From an uncultured Chloroflexia bacterium (GTDB lineage Bacteria > Chloroflexota > Limnocylindria > Limnocylindrales > CSP1-4), in NCBI GenBank assembly GCA_963819655.1, contig CAWFXA010000002.1:832001-896000 (forward strand): a stretch of 64,000 nt of DNA. The letters are read 5' to 3'. The number at the start of each line of letters is the position of its first letter. The first letter of the stretch is position 1. The position numbers were made by a program, and so were the translations under genes. The notes under the pieces were generated by a model. That model saw only the letters and a program-made list of their open reading frames with translations, ran no database searches and was not told the origin of the DNA. Positions 46,902-56,686 of the stretch are shown here, piece by piece.

Positions 46902-48008
46902 ATGACCGCGCAGTCGATCGTCTGCGGATCATGCGCGGCGGATGTCCCGTACGGACGTCTGTCGTGCCCGTCCTGCGGAGAGCTGCTGGCCTCGGTGGCC
47001 GGCAGTCGACGATTCTCGGCGGCCGCAGCGCGATCCAGGGTGCCTGCCGCCCGATCCACGGGGCCTGACGCGCCATCGGCCGTGCCCGACGTGCTCTACG
47101 ACGCGGGCGCCGCACCGAGTGCTGCTGTCGTCGACGGGCAGCTAGCCCTGGAGTCCACACCTCGGGACGCCGATGCGGAGCTGCCGTGGGCGGCGTCCGG
47201 CCATGCCGGAGCCCATGTCGATGAGGCGAACGGAACCGCGGCAGACGACCCAGACGACGCCGCCATCCTGGTCGGTGACGAGGACGCGTCTGTCACGGCT
47301 GGGCCTGCCTGGCCGGCCCTTGGGGCGGGTCTGACCGGGAGCCGGACACCTTCGTACATGCCACGCGGGACCGCCGACACTGGCGGAGCCACCCTACCCG
47401 CCGCCGGCGTGGCCGGGAGCCCGTCTTTCGCCGGTCCGGGTGCATACGTGCCGCCGATGCCTTTCACCGTCGTCTCGGCCGGGCCTCCCGCCCCCGCGCG
47501 CGAGTGGGCCGGCCACGGACCTGAGCCCGGCCGCGCATCCGACGGGGCCGGTTCGGCATCGCCCGGCAGCGCGGCATCACCCGCGTCCACCGCGGATCGC
47601 CAGGCGCGTTTCGCCGAGTTCGTCGGCTGGCTGTCCGTCGCCGGGGCCGCCTTCGCGGCGGTCGGGTTCCTGCTTCCGTGGGGCATGGTCGTGATCGGGT
47701 CGGGGGGCGTCGGCTACTTCGATCGCTGGGGCCTGTCCGGGCCGGGCCACGTGATCATCGCCCTCGGCATGCTGGTCGTCCTCGGTCTCGCTCTGATCAA
47801 GAACGTCATCCCCGTCTGGATCAGGACGGGGCTGGTCGGGCTGGGCCTGGGCGCGTACCTGCTGGGGCTCGTCTGGCCCTACATCTTCGCCCTGCCCGGG
47901 ACCGGGCCGGGTGCGCTGATCGCGGCCATCGGCGCGGTCGCCCTCACGGTGGCCGGCCTGCTCGCCCTGATCACCGAGCGTCACGCCGGGATCGATCGCT
48001 CCGTCTGA
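46902..48008 (+). CDS. Zinc ribbon + low-complexity linker + 4 C-terminal TMs
   Basis: CGSC...CPSCG; SD GAGGTG. Confidence 0.8.
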   Translation: MTAQSIVCGSCAADVPYGRLSCPSCGELLASVAGSRRFSAAAARSRVPAARSTGPDAPSAVPDVLYDAGAAPSAAVVDGQLALESTPRDADAELPWAASGHAGAHVDEANGTAADDPDDAAILVGDEDASVTAGPAWPALGAGLTGSRTPSYMPRGTADTGGATLPAAGVAGSPSFAGPGAYVPPMPFTVVSAGPPAPAREWAGHGPEPGRASDGAGSASPGSAASPASTADRQARFAEFVGWLSVAGAAFAAVGFLLPWGMVVIGSGGVGYFDRWGLSGPGHVIIALGMLVVLGLALIKNVIPVWIRTGLVGLGLGAYLLGLVWPYIFALPGTGPGALIAAIGAVALTVAGLLALITERHAGIDRSV

Positions 48009-48107
48009 CACGGGTCGTCCTCGGTCGACCGGACGGGCGGATGGCTGGGGGACCCCTGCTACACTGCCCCCCGACCAGCACGACCCACGGAGGCGGTCTC
48101 CCGGCGC

Positions 48108-48767
48108 ATGAATCAGATCTTCGATGGTATCGGCAAGACGGTCGGCGACATCGTCGACAGCCCCGTCGTCCAGCTCGGCGTGCGACTGATCTTCATCTAC
48201 ATCGTGGTCCTGTGGATCGCCACGGCCTATTGGGCGTTCCGGGACATGCAGCAGCGGTCCGACAACGCGATCCTGCCCTACCTGGTCGCCGCCGGCATCA
48301 TCCTGTTCACCCCGTTCCTGTTCCTCCTCGCCGTGTGGGTCTACAAGATCGTCCGGCCACACGAGAAGGTCGGCGAGATCTGGGAGCGGAACCTCGCCGA
48401 GGAAGCGCTGCTGAACGAGGTCGAGGCGGTCCACCACTGCCCGACCTGCGAGCGCCGGGTCGACGAGGAATGGATCATCTGCCCCTCCTGCCGAACGCGC
48501 CTGAACCGGGTCTGCCCGAACTGTTCGCGGCTCGTGGGCCTCGACTGGTCGCTGTGCGCGTGGTGCGGCAAGGACTTCGAGCGACGTGACGCGGTCCCGG
48601 CCGGCATGATCCACTCCTTGCCATCAGGCATGGAAGCCACCGGCCGGATCGCGGCGCAGGGCGGCGATGCGACCGCGGCGATCCCGGCCGCCATGCAGCA
48701 GTCGGTCCGTTCGCGCTCTCGCCGATCGCGCCCGACGGCCGCCGGGGATCCGCTGCCCGAGCGTTGA
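48108..48767 (+). CDS. Membrane protein with double zinc ribbon
   Basis: Two TMs, then CPTC/CPSC/CPNC/CAWC. Confidence 0.88.
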   Translation: MNQIFDGIGKTVGDIVDSPVVQLGVRLIFIYIVVLWIATAYWAFRDMQQRSDNAILPYLVAAGIILFTPFLFLLAVWVYKIVRPHEKVGEIWERNLAEEALLNEVEAVHHCPTCERRVDEEWIICPSCRTRLNRVCPNCSRLVGLDWSLCAWCGKDFERRDAVPAGMIHSLPSGMEATGRIAAQGGDATAAIPAAMQQSVRSRSRRSRPTAAGDPLPER

Positions 48768-49756
48768 CGGACCCCACCCCGGACCACAAGGATCGGCCGG
48801 GCGCATCCACGTTCACGATCGAGGGTCGATCGGCACCAGGGCTGTTTGTGGTCGGCTGGCTGGCGACGCTCGTCGGTCTTGGAGTGACCTTCGTCGCGGT
48901 CATGGCTTCTCCGGGTCTGTCGCGCCAGGTCCTGCTGATCGTGGGAGTGCTCATCCTCTCGATCGGGTTGGTCGCCGGAGCCGGCGGGCAGGCGATCGAG
49001 CGCCGGGCGCGCGGCACGCTTCCGTACGCCGGCCCGTCGCCGTTTCTCGTGTTCGCTGCGGCGATCCCGGTGTCCTTCCTGGGCGTCGTCCTCCTCGGGT
49101 TCGTTTTCGAGGCCACGGGCATCCCCATCGACGGACCGTTCGCGCCACTCGCGTCGGTGATCGTGCAGGCCCTCGTGTACATCGGGCTCATCCGGCTTCT
49201 GGTGGTCGACACCGGAGGCCTGTCGTGGGCGGACATGGGCATCCGACGGCCGGACGCTCGCGCGGTGCGGGAGTTCGGCTATGGCGCGTTGTGGGCCGGC
49301 GGCGCGATCCTGGCCACGATCCCCGTCGCGATCGTGCTCTCGCTGGTGTTGCCCGTGCTGCCGACCAGCCCCTTGCCGCGGACCGGCGAGCTGGGTGGTC
49401 TCCTGGTCAACCTGGTGGCCGGGGCGATCGTCGCGCCGATCGGCGAGGAGATCATGTTCCGCGGTCTCGCGACGACGGCGTGGACCCGCGGCATGGGCGA
49501 ACGTCGCGGGCTGATCCGGGCGGCGCTGTTCTTCGCCTTCGCCCACGTCCTGACGATCGGCGGGACCTCGGCAGGCCCGGCCATCGCGCTCGCGCTGGCC
49601 GCGTTCGTGGGCCGTATCCCCGTGTCCCTGATCCTGACCTGGTTGTTCGTACGGCATCGATCGATCTGGGTCCCGCTCGGGCTCCATGCCACGTTCAACG
49701 CCCTCCTGCTCGTCCTCGCTGAGGTCGTCGCACCACTCGCGCCGCCACCGGTCTGA
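48764..49756 (+). CDS. CPBP (CAAX/Abi) intramembrane metalloprotease
   Basis: EEIMFRG, FAFAH, HATFN. Confidence 0.92.
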   Translation: MTDPTPDHKDRPGASTFTIEGRSAPGLFVVGWLATLVGLGVTFVAVMASPGLSRQVLLIVGVLILSIGLVAGAGGQAIERRARGTLPYAGPSPFLVFAAAIPVSFLGVVLLGFVFEATGIPIDGPFAPLASVIVQALVYIGLIRLLVVDTGGLSWADMGIRRPDARAVREFGYGALWAGGAILATIPVAIVLSLVLPVLPTSPLPRTGELGGLLVNLVAGAIVAPIGEEIMFRGLATTAWTRGMGERRGLIRAALFFAFAHVLTIGGTSAGPAIALALAAFVGRIPVSLILTWLFVRHRSIWVPLGLHATFNALLLVLAEVVAPLAPPPV

Positions 49757-49924
49757 GGCGTCCCCGGCGGGCTAAGGCGCCACCAAGCCGCCGATGAGTC
49801 TCCGGTGAGGGTCGCTCGGTAGGCTGCGCGGCGTCCTCGAGGTCCGGATGGCGGGAGGAATTGGCGGGCTCTCGTCGTCCGGGCCGCGGGGACACCCAGA
49901 CCACATGTAACGGAGGCCGCGGTC

Positions 49925-50677
49925 GTGGACCCGAGCACCGTGTCCCGCAGCGGCCACGCGATCCGAGGCGTCGGCCACGCGATCCGCGAGCTGCCGGAGG
50001 CTGAGCGGCCGCGCGAACGGCTCGCCCTCCGCGGCGCGGGTGGACTGACGTCCGCGGAGTTGATCGCATTGCTGTGGGGGAGCGGGGTTCGCGGCCGATC
50101 CGCGGTGGACATCGCCACCGACGCGCTCGCGGCCCACGACGGTCTCGCCGGACTGGCGCGCGCGACCGACATCGAGCTCGCGGCCCTGCCCGGCATAGGC
50201 GCGGTCAAGGCTGCTCAGCTCGTGGCAGCGTTCGAGCTCGGTCGGCGGCTTCTCGCAGACTGGCCGACGGCGCGCTGGTCGATCCGGGGCCCGCGTGACG
50301 TCGCCGACCGGCTCATCCTCCAGATGGGCGGGCTGGAGCGCGAAGAGCTGCGTGTCGTCATCCTCGATACGAAGAACCACGTGCTGCGCGTGGCCACGGT
50401 CTACCAGGGCAACGTGTCGGCCTCACTCGTTCGCGTCGGGGAGCTCTATCGCGACGCGGTCAGGCTCAGCGCCGCGAGCGTGATCCTCGTCCACAACCAT
50501 CCGAGCGGCGACCCCACGCCGTCGCCCGACGACCTGCATCTGACCGCCGAGGCGCTGGCCGCAGGCAGGCTGCTCGACATCGCCCTGCTCGACCACCTCG
50601 TGATCGGTCACGACGCGTACGTGTCGCTACGTGACCGCGGCGTCGATTTCGACCGTCCGACCACGCCGCGGACCTGA
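49925..50677 (+). CDS. radC: RadC / JAB-domain protein
   Basis: ERPRERL, GIGAVKA, HNHPSGDPTPS..D, LLDHLVIG. Confidence 0.95.
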   Translation: MDPSTVSRSGHAIRGVGHAIRELPEAERPRERLALRGAGGLTSAELIALLWGSGVRGRSAVDIATDALAAHDGLAGLARATDIELAALPGIGAVKAAQLVAAFELGRRLLADWPTARWSIRGPRDVADRLILQMGGLEREELRVVILDTKNHVLRVATVYQGNVSASLVRVGELYRDAVRLSAASVILVHNHPSGDPTPSPDDLHLTAEALAAGRLLDIALLDHLVIGHDAYVSLRDRGVDFDRPTTPRT

Positions 50678-50834
50678 CCGCGCGGCCCGTCCGGGGCCAT
50701 CGCCTGACCCTCTGGTAGACTGCGCGGGCCTAACGGCCTGAACCTGACCAACCGCCCGGCGCGACGCGGCCACGATCCCGGCCTGTCGTCACGCCCGACC
50801 CCCATGGCGATCCACGAGGACTCTCTCCCCGACC

Positions 50835-51887
50835 ATGCTCGACCGCCTGCTCGGCCTCTTTTCCCGCGACATCGGCATCGATCTCGGAACCGCGAACACC
50901 CTGGTCCACGTGAGGGACCGCGGGATCGTGATGAGCGAGCCGTCGGTGGTCGCGATCGACGCGAAGACGAAGCGCGTGCTCGCCATCGGCGCGGAGGCGA
51001 AGCGGATGGTCGGTCGCACACCGGCCAACATCATCGCGGTGCGGCCACTGCGCGACGGCGTCATCAGCGACTTCGACGTCACCGAGCAGATGATCAAGTA
51101 CTTCGTGAACCGCGTGCACGACCGGATCGGGCTGATCCCACGCCCGCGCATGCTGCTGGGCATCCCCTCGGGCGTCACCGAGGTCGAGAAGCGAGCCGTG
51201 CGCGACGCCGCCCTCAATGCCGGCGCCCGCTGGGCCCGCCTCATCGAGGAGCCGATGGCCGCGGCCATCGGCGCCGGCCTGCCGGTGAGCGAGCCGTCGG
51301 GCAGTCTCATCGTCGACATCGGCGGCGGGACCACCGAGGTCGCGGTCATCTCGCTCGGCGGCATCGTCGTCAGCCGCTCGATCCGGATCGGCGGCGACGA
51401 GATGGACCAGGACATCGTCACGTTCGCCCGCCGCGAGTACAACCTGTTCCTGGGCGAGCGAACGGCCGAGGACATCAAGATCGCGATCGGCTCGTCGTAT
51501 CCCGGCGAGTGGGACGCCCAGCGTGTGACGCTCCGCGGCCGCGACCTGCTGACAGGTCTGCCGCGCAGCGTGGAGGTCGGTGCCGACCAGATCCGCGAGG
51601 CGATCGAGCCGTCCGTCGCGCAGATCATCGACACCGTCAAGGACACGATCGAGGAGACCCCGCCCGAGCTTGTCGCCGACATCATGGACCAGGGCATCGT
51701 GGTGGCCGGCGGCGGCGCGCTGCTCGCCGGGCTCGACCGGCGCATCGCCGAGGCGACACAGATGCCCGTCCACATCGCCGACGACCCGCTGACATGCGTG
51801 GTGCGCGGGACCGGTGTCGTGCTCGAGGAGCTCGACGCGATGGATCGCGTGCTCGTCGCCGAGACGTACTCGCGACCGCCGCGCTGA
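50835..51887 (+). CDS. mreB: Rod shape-determining protein MreB
   Basis: IDLGTANT, EPSVVA, DIGGGTTEVA, TPPEL. Confidence 0.98.
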   Translation: MLDRLLGLFSRDIGIDLGTANTLVHVRDRGIVMSEPSVVAIDAKTKRVLAIGAEAKRMVGRTPANIIAVRPLRDGVISDFDVTEQMIKYFVNRVHDRIGLIPRPRMLLGIPSGVTEVEKRAVRDAALNAGARWARLIEEPMAAAIGAGLPVSEPSGSLIVDIGGGTTEVAVISLGGIVVSRSIRIGGDEMDQDIVTFARREYNLFLGERTAEDIKIAIGSSYPGEWDAQRVTLRGRDLLTGLPRSVEVGADQIREAIEPSVAQIIDTVKDTIEETPPELVADIMDQGIVVAGGGALLAGLDRRIAEATQMPVHIADDPLTCVVRGTGVVLEELDAMDRVLVAETYSRPPR

Positions 51888-51937
51888 AGGATCCTGGCGG
51901 TCGGCTTGACCGCCGACCGATGATCGACCTTCGATGA
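51884..51937 (+). other. Bridging mini-ORF (L)KDPGGRLDRRPMIDLR* containing a hairpin
   Basis: CTGA overlap with the mreB stop, internal in-frame ATG at 51920, ATGA overlap with the mreC start. Confidence 0.4.
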
Positions 51938-52899
51938 CGACCATCTCCACCGACCGGATCGCGCGCCGCCGAACCATCGTCTTCATCGGCTTGCTGTCGG
52001 TCTGCCTGGTCCTGATGGCCTTCTCCTCGAACCCCCTCATTCGCGAGTTCCAGAACGGCATCGGCTTCGCGTTCCGGCCGATCCAGGGCGTGCTGAACGA
52101 CGTGGCGAGCGGGGTTGCCTCGATCGGAGCGGCCGTCGCGGAGATCGATCGGCTGCGCGTCGACAACGGGACGCTGCGCTCCGACAACGAGCGGTTGCTC
52201 ACCGAGAACACCCGGCTGCAGGAGATCGCCCGCGAGAATGTGCTCCTGACGGACCTGCTCCAGCTGCGGGCGGGATTCGACTACCAGACGGCAGCGGCCA
52301 ACGTCATCTCCCGCGAATCATCGGAGTTCCGCCGCATCATCACGCTCGACAAGGGGACGAACGCCAGCATCAGCGTCGGCGACGTCGTCGTGGCGGGCGG
52401 TGGGGCCCTTGCCGGTCGAGTCATCGAGGTGGGCCCCGACAGCGCGACGGTCGTCCTCCTGACGGACGGCACCTCGACGGTCATCGGTCAGCTTGTCTCG
52501 ACTGCCGCCAGGGGCCAGGTGGTCGGCCAGCTCGGCGGCGTCCTGGTCATGGAACAGATCGACTCGAGCGACGAGGTCGCCCTCGGCGACGAGGTCGTCA
52601 GCGCCGGGATCGAGCTCGGGGGCGGTGTCCGGTCGCCCTATCCGAAGGGCCTGCTCATCGGGCAGGTCGTCGATATCCGGCGAGACGCGAATGCCGTCGT
52701 CCAGACCGCCTACCTGCAGCCGGCGGCTGATTTCGAGAAGCTCGAGTTCGTTTTGGTGATCCTCGACTACGAGGGGGGCCTGCCGCCGCTCTCGGAACAG
52801 CCGATCGACTGCACCGATCCGGACGGCGGCGGGACGCTGCCCGAGGGCGAGCAGCCGTGCATCCCGGCGACGCCACGGCCGAGCGCGAGCCCGCGCTGA
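51934..52899 (+). CDS. mreC: Rod shape-determining protein MreC
   Basis: N-terminal TM, coiled coil, LDKG, YPKGLLIGQV, PAADF. Confidence 0.93.
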   Translation: MTTISTDRIARRRTIVFIGLLSVCLVLMAFSSNPLIREFQNGIGFAFRPIQGVLNDVASGVASIGAAVAEIDRLRVDNGTLRSDNERLLTENTRLQEIARENVLLTDLLQLRAGFDYQTAAANVISRESSEFRRIITLDKGTNASISVGDVVVAGGGALAGRVIEVGPDSATVVLLTDGTSTVIGQLVSTAARGQVVGQLGGVLVMEQIDSSDEVALGDEVVSAGIELGGGVRSPYPKGLLIGQVVDIRRDANAVVQTAYLQPAADFEKLEFVLVILDYEGGLPPLSEQPIDCTDPDGGGTLPEGEQPCIPATPRPSASPR

Positions 52900-52920
52900 T
52901 CGAGGCCGCGGGCGCCTGCC

Positions 52921-52967
52921 GCCACGAGCCAGGCGCGACGAGCCGAGGCGCCACGAGCCAAGGCGCT
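52921..52967. repeat. Degenerate 14-15-bp tandem repeat GC[CG]ACGAGCCRAGGC, 3 copies
   Basis: gccacgagccaggc gcgacgagccgaggc gccacgagccaaggc. Confidence 0.7.
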
Positions 52968-53000
52968 GCGCCGAACCGATCGAATCACCGCTGAGCGGTG

Positions 53001-53264
53001 CTATCGACCACTGAGCGACCCGCGACGTCCCCAGATCGCCCCGAGGCGAGCGTTACTGCGCATCAGCTGTTCGAGCCGCACGTCGCGCAGCAGCCCGCGC
53101 TCGAATCTCTCGACCTGGCTCGGGGAGATGCCGACCGCGCGGCCCACGTCGCCCCGACTCAGCCCGCTCGCGATCCTGGCACCGCGGAACTCGCGCCGCG
53201 TCAGTTCCGCCATCGTCCTCGCGAGGACCACGGCACGCTCGATCCGCCGCATCCGAGCCGTCAT
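53001..53264 (-). CDS. XRE/Cro-type HTH protein, possibly a truncated remnant
   Basis: FRGARIASGLSRGDVGRAVGISPSQVERFERG. Confidence 0.6.
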   Translation of the reverse strand: MTARMRRIERAVVLARTMAELTRREFRGARIASGLSRGDVGRAVGISPSQVERFERGLLRDVRLEQLMRSNARLGAIWGRRGSLSGR

Positions 53265-53328
53265 CGGGCCACCATGACGGTTGCGGCTTACCCCGCGATC
53301 ACCCCATGCGCTGCTACCCTTCGGCGCC

Positions 53329-54090
53329 ATGAAGGGCATCGTGCTGGCCGGTGGGACGGCGACCCGGCTCTTCCCGCTGACCATCGTCACGAACAAGCAT
53401 CTGTTGCCGATCTACGACCGGCCGATGATCTATTACCCGATCGAGACGCTGGCCGGGATGGGCATCCGCGAGGTGATGGTCGTCGTCGGCGGCAAGAGTG
53501 TCGGCGATGTCGTCGAGCTGTTGGGCGACGGCTCCCACTTCGGGCTCGACCTGACGTATCGGTATCAGGCGGGGGCATACGGGATCGCCCAGGCGATCGG
53601 CCTTGCCCGCGATTTCGTCGGCGCGGATGCGTTCTGCTGCGTCCTCGGGGACAACATCCTGCGCGGGCCGGTCCTCGCCGGCATCGCGTCCGAGTTCGAG
53701 GCGAGCGACCACGGCGCCGGGACGCTGCTCTATCGCGTGTCGGATCCGCAGCGGTTCGGTGTCGCGGAGCTGGATGCAGAAGGCACGGTCGTCGGCTTCG
53801 AGGAGAAGCCACAACACCCGAAGAGCGACCTGATCCCGATCGGCGTGTACTTCCTCCGACCCGACGCCTTCGGCGTCATCGACCGGCTGGCGCCGTCCGG
53901 TCGCGGCGAGTTCGAGATCACCGACGTGCTCAATCACTACATCCCCGACGGCCGCCTGTTCACGCGCATCTACGACGGCCACTGGACCGACGCCGGCACC
54001 GTCCCGTCGTTGCTGCGGGCCGCCGAGCTTGCGCGCGACGACGACGCGGCAGGCCGACTGGCGCCGCCGATCGAGCGCCCGCTGGCGTGA
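53329..54090 (+). CDS. rfbA: Glucose-1-phosphate thymidylyltransferase
   Basis: MKGIVLAGGTATRLFPLT, LGDN, EEKP, RGEFEITD, WTDAGT. Confidence 0.93.
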   Translation: MKGIVLAGGTATRLFPLTIVTNKHLLPIYDRPMIYYPIETLAGMGIREVMVVVGGKSVGDVVELLGDGSHFGLDLTYRYQAGAYGIAQAIGLARDFVGADAFCCVLGDNILRGPVLAGIASEFEASDHGAGTLLYRVSDPQRFGVAELDAEGTVVGFEEKPQHPKSDLIPIGVYFLRPDAFGVIDRLAPSGRGEFEITDVLNHYIPDGRLFTRIYDGHWTDAGTVPSLLRAAELARDDDAAGRLAPPIERPLA

Positions 54091-55175
54091 CCGATCCTGG
54101 CGCGAGCGACCCTGGCTTGACCGATCCTGCCGGGCCGCCTGAGCCGCGCCGCCTGCTGGTCACCGGCGGCGCCGGCTTCATCGGCTCGTGCTACGTCCGC
54201 GACCTCCTGGGCCGGCGCGACGGCACGCAGATCACGGTGCTCGACATCCTGACCTACGCCGGCAACGAGGCGAACCTCGCGCCGGTCCGCGCCGATCCGG
54301 AGCAGGGCGGGCGCCTTCGCTTCGTCAGGGGCGACATCGCCGATCCCGCGGTCGTCGAGGAGCTCGTCGCGGAGGCCGACGCCGTCGTCAACTTCGCCGC
54401 CGAGTCCCACGTCGACCGGTCGATCCTCGACCCCGAAGCATTCCTGCGGACAGGCGTCATCGGCGTCCACGTTCTGCTCGAGGCGTGTCGCACCGCCGCC
54501 CATCGACCGCGCTTCCTGCAGGTCTCGACCGACGAGGTCTACGGCTCCGTCGAGGCTGGAGCCTCGCGCGAGGACGATGCCCTCGCGCCGCGCTCGCCGT
54601 ATGCCGCCGCCAAAGCCGCCGGGGAGATGCTCGTCCGGAGCTACGTCGTCACCCACGGGCTGGACGCGGTCGTGACCCGCGGCTCGAACACGTACGGCCC
54701 GTATCACCACCCTGAGAAGCTCATCCCTCTGTTCGTCACGAACGCGATCGACGACCTTCCGCTGCCGCTCTATGGCGACGGTCTCCAGCGGCGCGACTGG
54801 CTGTACGTCGCGGACCACGCCGGCGCGATCGACCACGTGCTGCGTCACGGGACTGCCGGCGAGACGTACAACGTCCCAGGCGGCGTCGAGATGGCGAATC
54901 GGGACACCGTCCGGCTGCTGCTCGAGCGGCTTGGCAAGCCGTGGTCCCTGGTCCGCCACGTCGAGGACCGCCCGGGTCACGACCGGCGCTATGCGATGGA
55001 CGGCGCCAAGATCGCGGCGCTCGGCTGGCGACCGCGGACGTCGTTCGAGGAGGGGCTCGCGGCAACGGTCGAGTGGTTCATCGCGAACGAACCCTGGTGG
55101 CGAGCAGCCCGGTCGGGCGATTGGGACGCCTATTACGAGCGCCAGTACGGATCGCGCCTGCGGTCCGCCGGCTGA
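54087..55175 (+). CDS. rfbB: dTDP-glucose 4,6-dehydratase
   Basis: VTGGAGFIGS, AAESHVDRSI, STDEVYG, YAAAK, DRPGHDRRY. Confidence 0.96.
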   Translation: MTDPGASDPGLTDPAGPPEPRRLLVTGGAGFIGSCYVRDLLGRRDGTQITVLDILTYAGNEANLAPVRADPEQGGRLRFVRGDIADPAVVEELVAEADAVVNFAAESHVDRSILDPEAFLRTGVIGVHVLLEACRTAAHRPRFLQVSTDEVYGSVEAGASREDDALAPRSPYAAAKAAGEMLVRSYVVTHGLDAVVTRGSNTYGPYHHPEKLIPLFVTNAIDDLPLPLYGDGLQRRDWLYVADHAGAIDHVLRHGTAGETYNVPGGVEMANRDTVRLLLERLGKPWSLVRHVEDRPGHDRRYAMDGAKIAALGWRPRTSFEEGLAATVEWFIANEPWWRAARSGDWDAYYERQYGSRLRSAG

Positions 55176-56096
55176 TGCGGGTCGCCGTCACAGGAGCGAA
55201 CGGGCGGTTGGGACGCGCGCTGGTCGGCGCGCTGGGTGATGCCCCATTCACGGGCCCGGCCGGCCCGATCGCCTGGACGCGCACGGACTTCGACCTCGAT
55301 GTGCCGGCGACGATCGGCGAACTCCTCGATCGCGACCGGCCCGAGGTGGTCGTCAACGCCGCGGCGTGGACCGACGTCGACGCCTGCGCGCGCGATCCTG
55401 ACCTCGCGCTGCGCCGGAACGGTGATGCCGTCCGCGTCCTCGCCGAGGCGACCGCATCGCGCGGCGATCGACCTCGTCCAGATCAGCACGAACGAGGTGT
55501 TCGACGGGCGGCGTGCACATGACCGCGGCTATCGACCGGACGACCTTGCGTCGCCGGCCAATCCGTACGGCGCGTCCAAGCTCGCCGGGGAGGCGGCGGC
55601 GGCGGCGGCCTACCGGGATGGTGATGCGAACCTCGCGATCGTCCGGACGTCGTGGCTGTTCGGCCCGCCCGGCAGCGATTTCCCGACGAAGATCCTCGCG
55701 GCCGCGGCCGCGTCCGCGGCTGCGGCGAGTGCGGAGCGGCAGCCGCTGAAGGTCGTCGCCGACGAGTTCGGGTCACCCACCTTCACCCACGACCTGGCCG
55801 AGGCGGTCGCTGCGATGCTCGGCGCGGACATCCACCGGGGCGTTCGGCACATCGTCAACGCTGGGATCGCATCCCGCGCCGACTGGGCCAGCGAGCTCTT
55901 CCGTCAGGCTGGCGTCGACGGCACGATCGAGGCCGTGTCGATGTCGGACTGGACGCGCGCCTCGACCCCACCGGCGTGGGGAGTGCTCGAACCGACGGAG
56001 ATCCCCGGCGTCGAACCCCTTCGGCCGTGGCAGCAGGCCCTGGCCGACTACCTTCCGCTGCTCCGGCGCCAGCGCACGGCCGCGGCCGCCGGATGA
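55175..56096 (+). pseudogene. rfbD: dTDP-4-dehydrorhamnose reductase, +1 frameshift at about 55466
   Basis: TGANGRLG...NAAAWTDVD in one frame. ISTNEVFDG, YGASKLAGE, GSPT in the next frame. Confidence 0.88.
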
Positions 56097-56686
56097 ACGC
56101 CGACGCGGAGGCCTCCGCGATACCGGGCGTCAGGTACGGCACGGTCCAGCGTTTCGCCGACGAGCGCGGTTCCTTTCGTGAGATCTGGCGCGAGAGTGCC
56201 GTCGACCCGATCGCGACCGGGGACGCAGGCGCCATGGCGGGGTCGCGGCCACGCTTCGTCCAGGCGAACCTGTCGACGTCGTCGGCCGGGGTCCTGCGTG
56301 GCCTGCATCTCCACCGACGTCAGCTCGATCGCTGGATCGTCGCGACCGGTCTGGCGTTCGTCGCGCTCGTCGACGTGCGCCCGATGCTGGCTGGCGGTCA
56401 ACGGCCGGCGGTCGAGACGCGCCAGCTTCGCGAGGACGGCTGGGTCGAGATCCCGGTGGGGGTCGCCCATGGGTTCCTCGCCCTCGAGCCGCTCGACCTC
56501 GTGTATCTCGTGACGACCGAGTACGACGGGAGCGACGAGCACGGGTTCGCCTGGGACGACCCGCTCGCGGCCGTCCCGTGGCCCGACGTGTCGGGCGCGC
56601 CGGATGGACGGCCGATCCTGTCCGAGCGCGACCGCACGAATCCCTCGCTGGAAGCGCTGGTCGCTCGGCTCCGTACCACGGCCTGA
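56093..56686 (+). CDS. rfbC: dTDP-4-dehydrorhamnose 3,5-epimerase
   Basis: DERGSFRE, VQANLS, GVLRGLH, PVGVAHGF, WDDP. Confidence 0.94.
   Translation: MNADAEASAIPGVRYGTVQRFADERGSFREIWRESAVDPIATGDAGAMAGSRPRFVQANLSTSSAGVLRGLHLHRRQLDRWIVATGLAFVALVDVRPMLAGGQRPAVETRQLREDGWVEIPVGVAHGFLALEPLDLVYLVTTEYDGSDEHGFAWDDPLAAVPWPDVSGAPDGRPILSERDRTNPSLEALVARLRTTA

Noticed and set aside
49757-49924. 6S RNA, SRP RNA or hammerhead ribozyme
   Set aside because: Pairing is inconsistent between strands and no diagnostic motifs are present.
54090-54134. 15-bp repeats in the rfbB N-terminus (TDPGA/SDPGL/TDPAG), and AARRA duplication in guaB3
   Set aside because: Short low-complexity slippage in variable N-termini with no sign of function.
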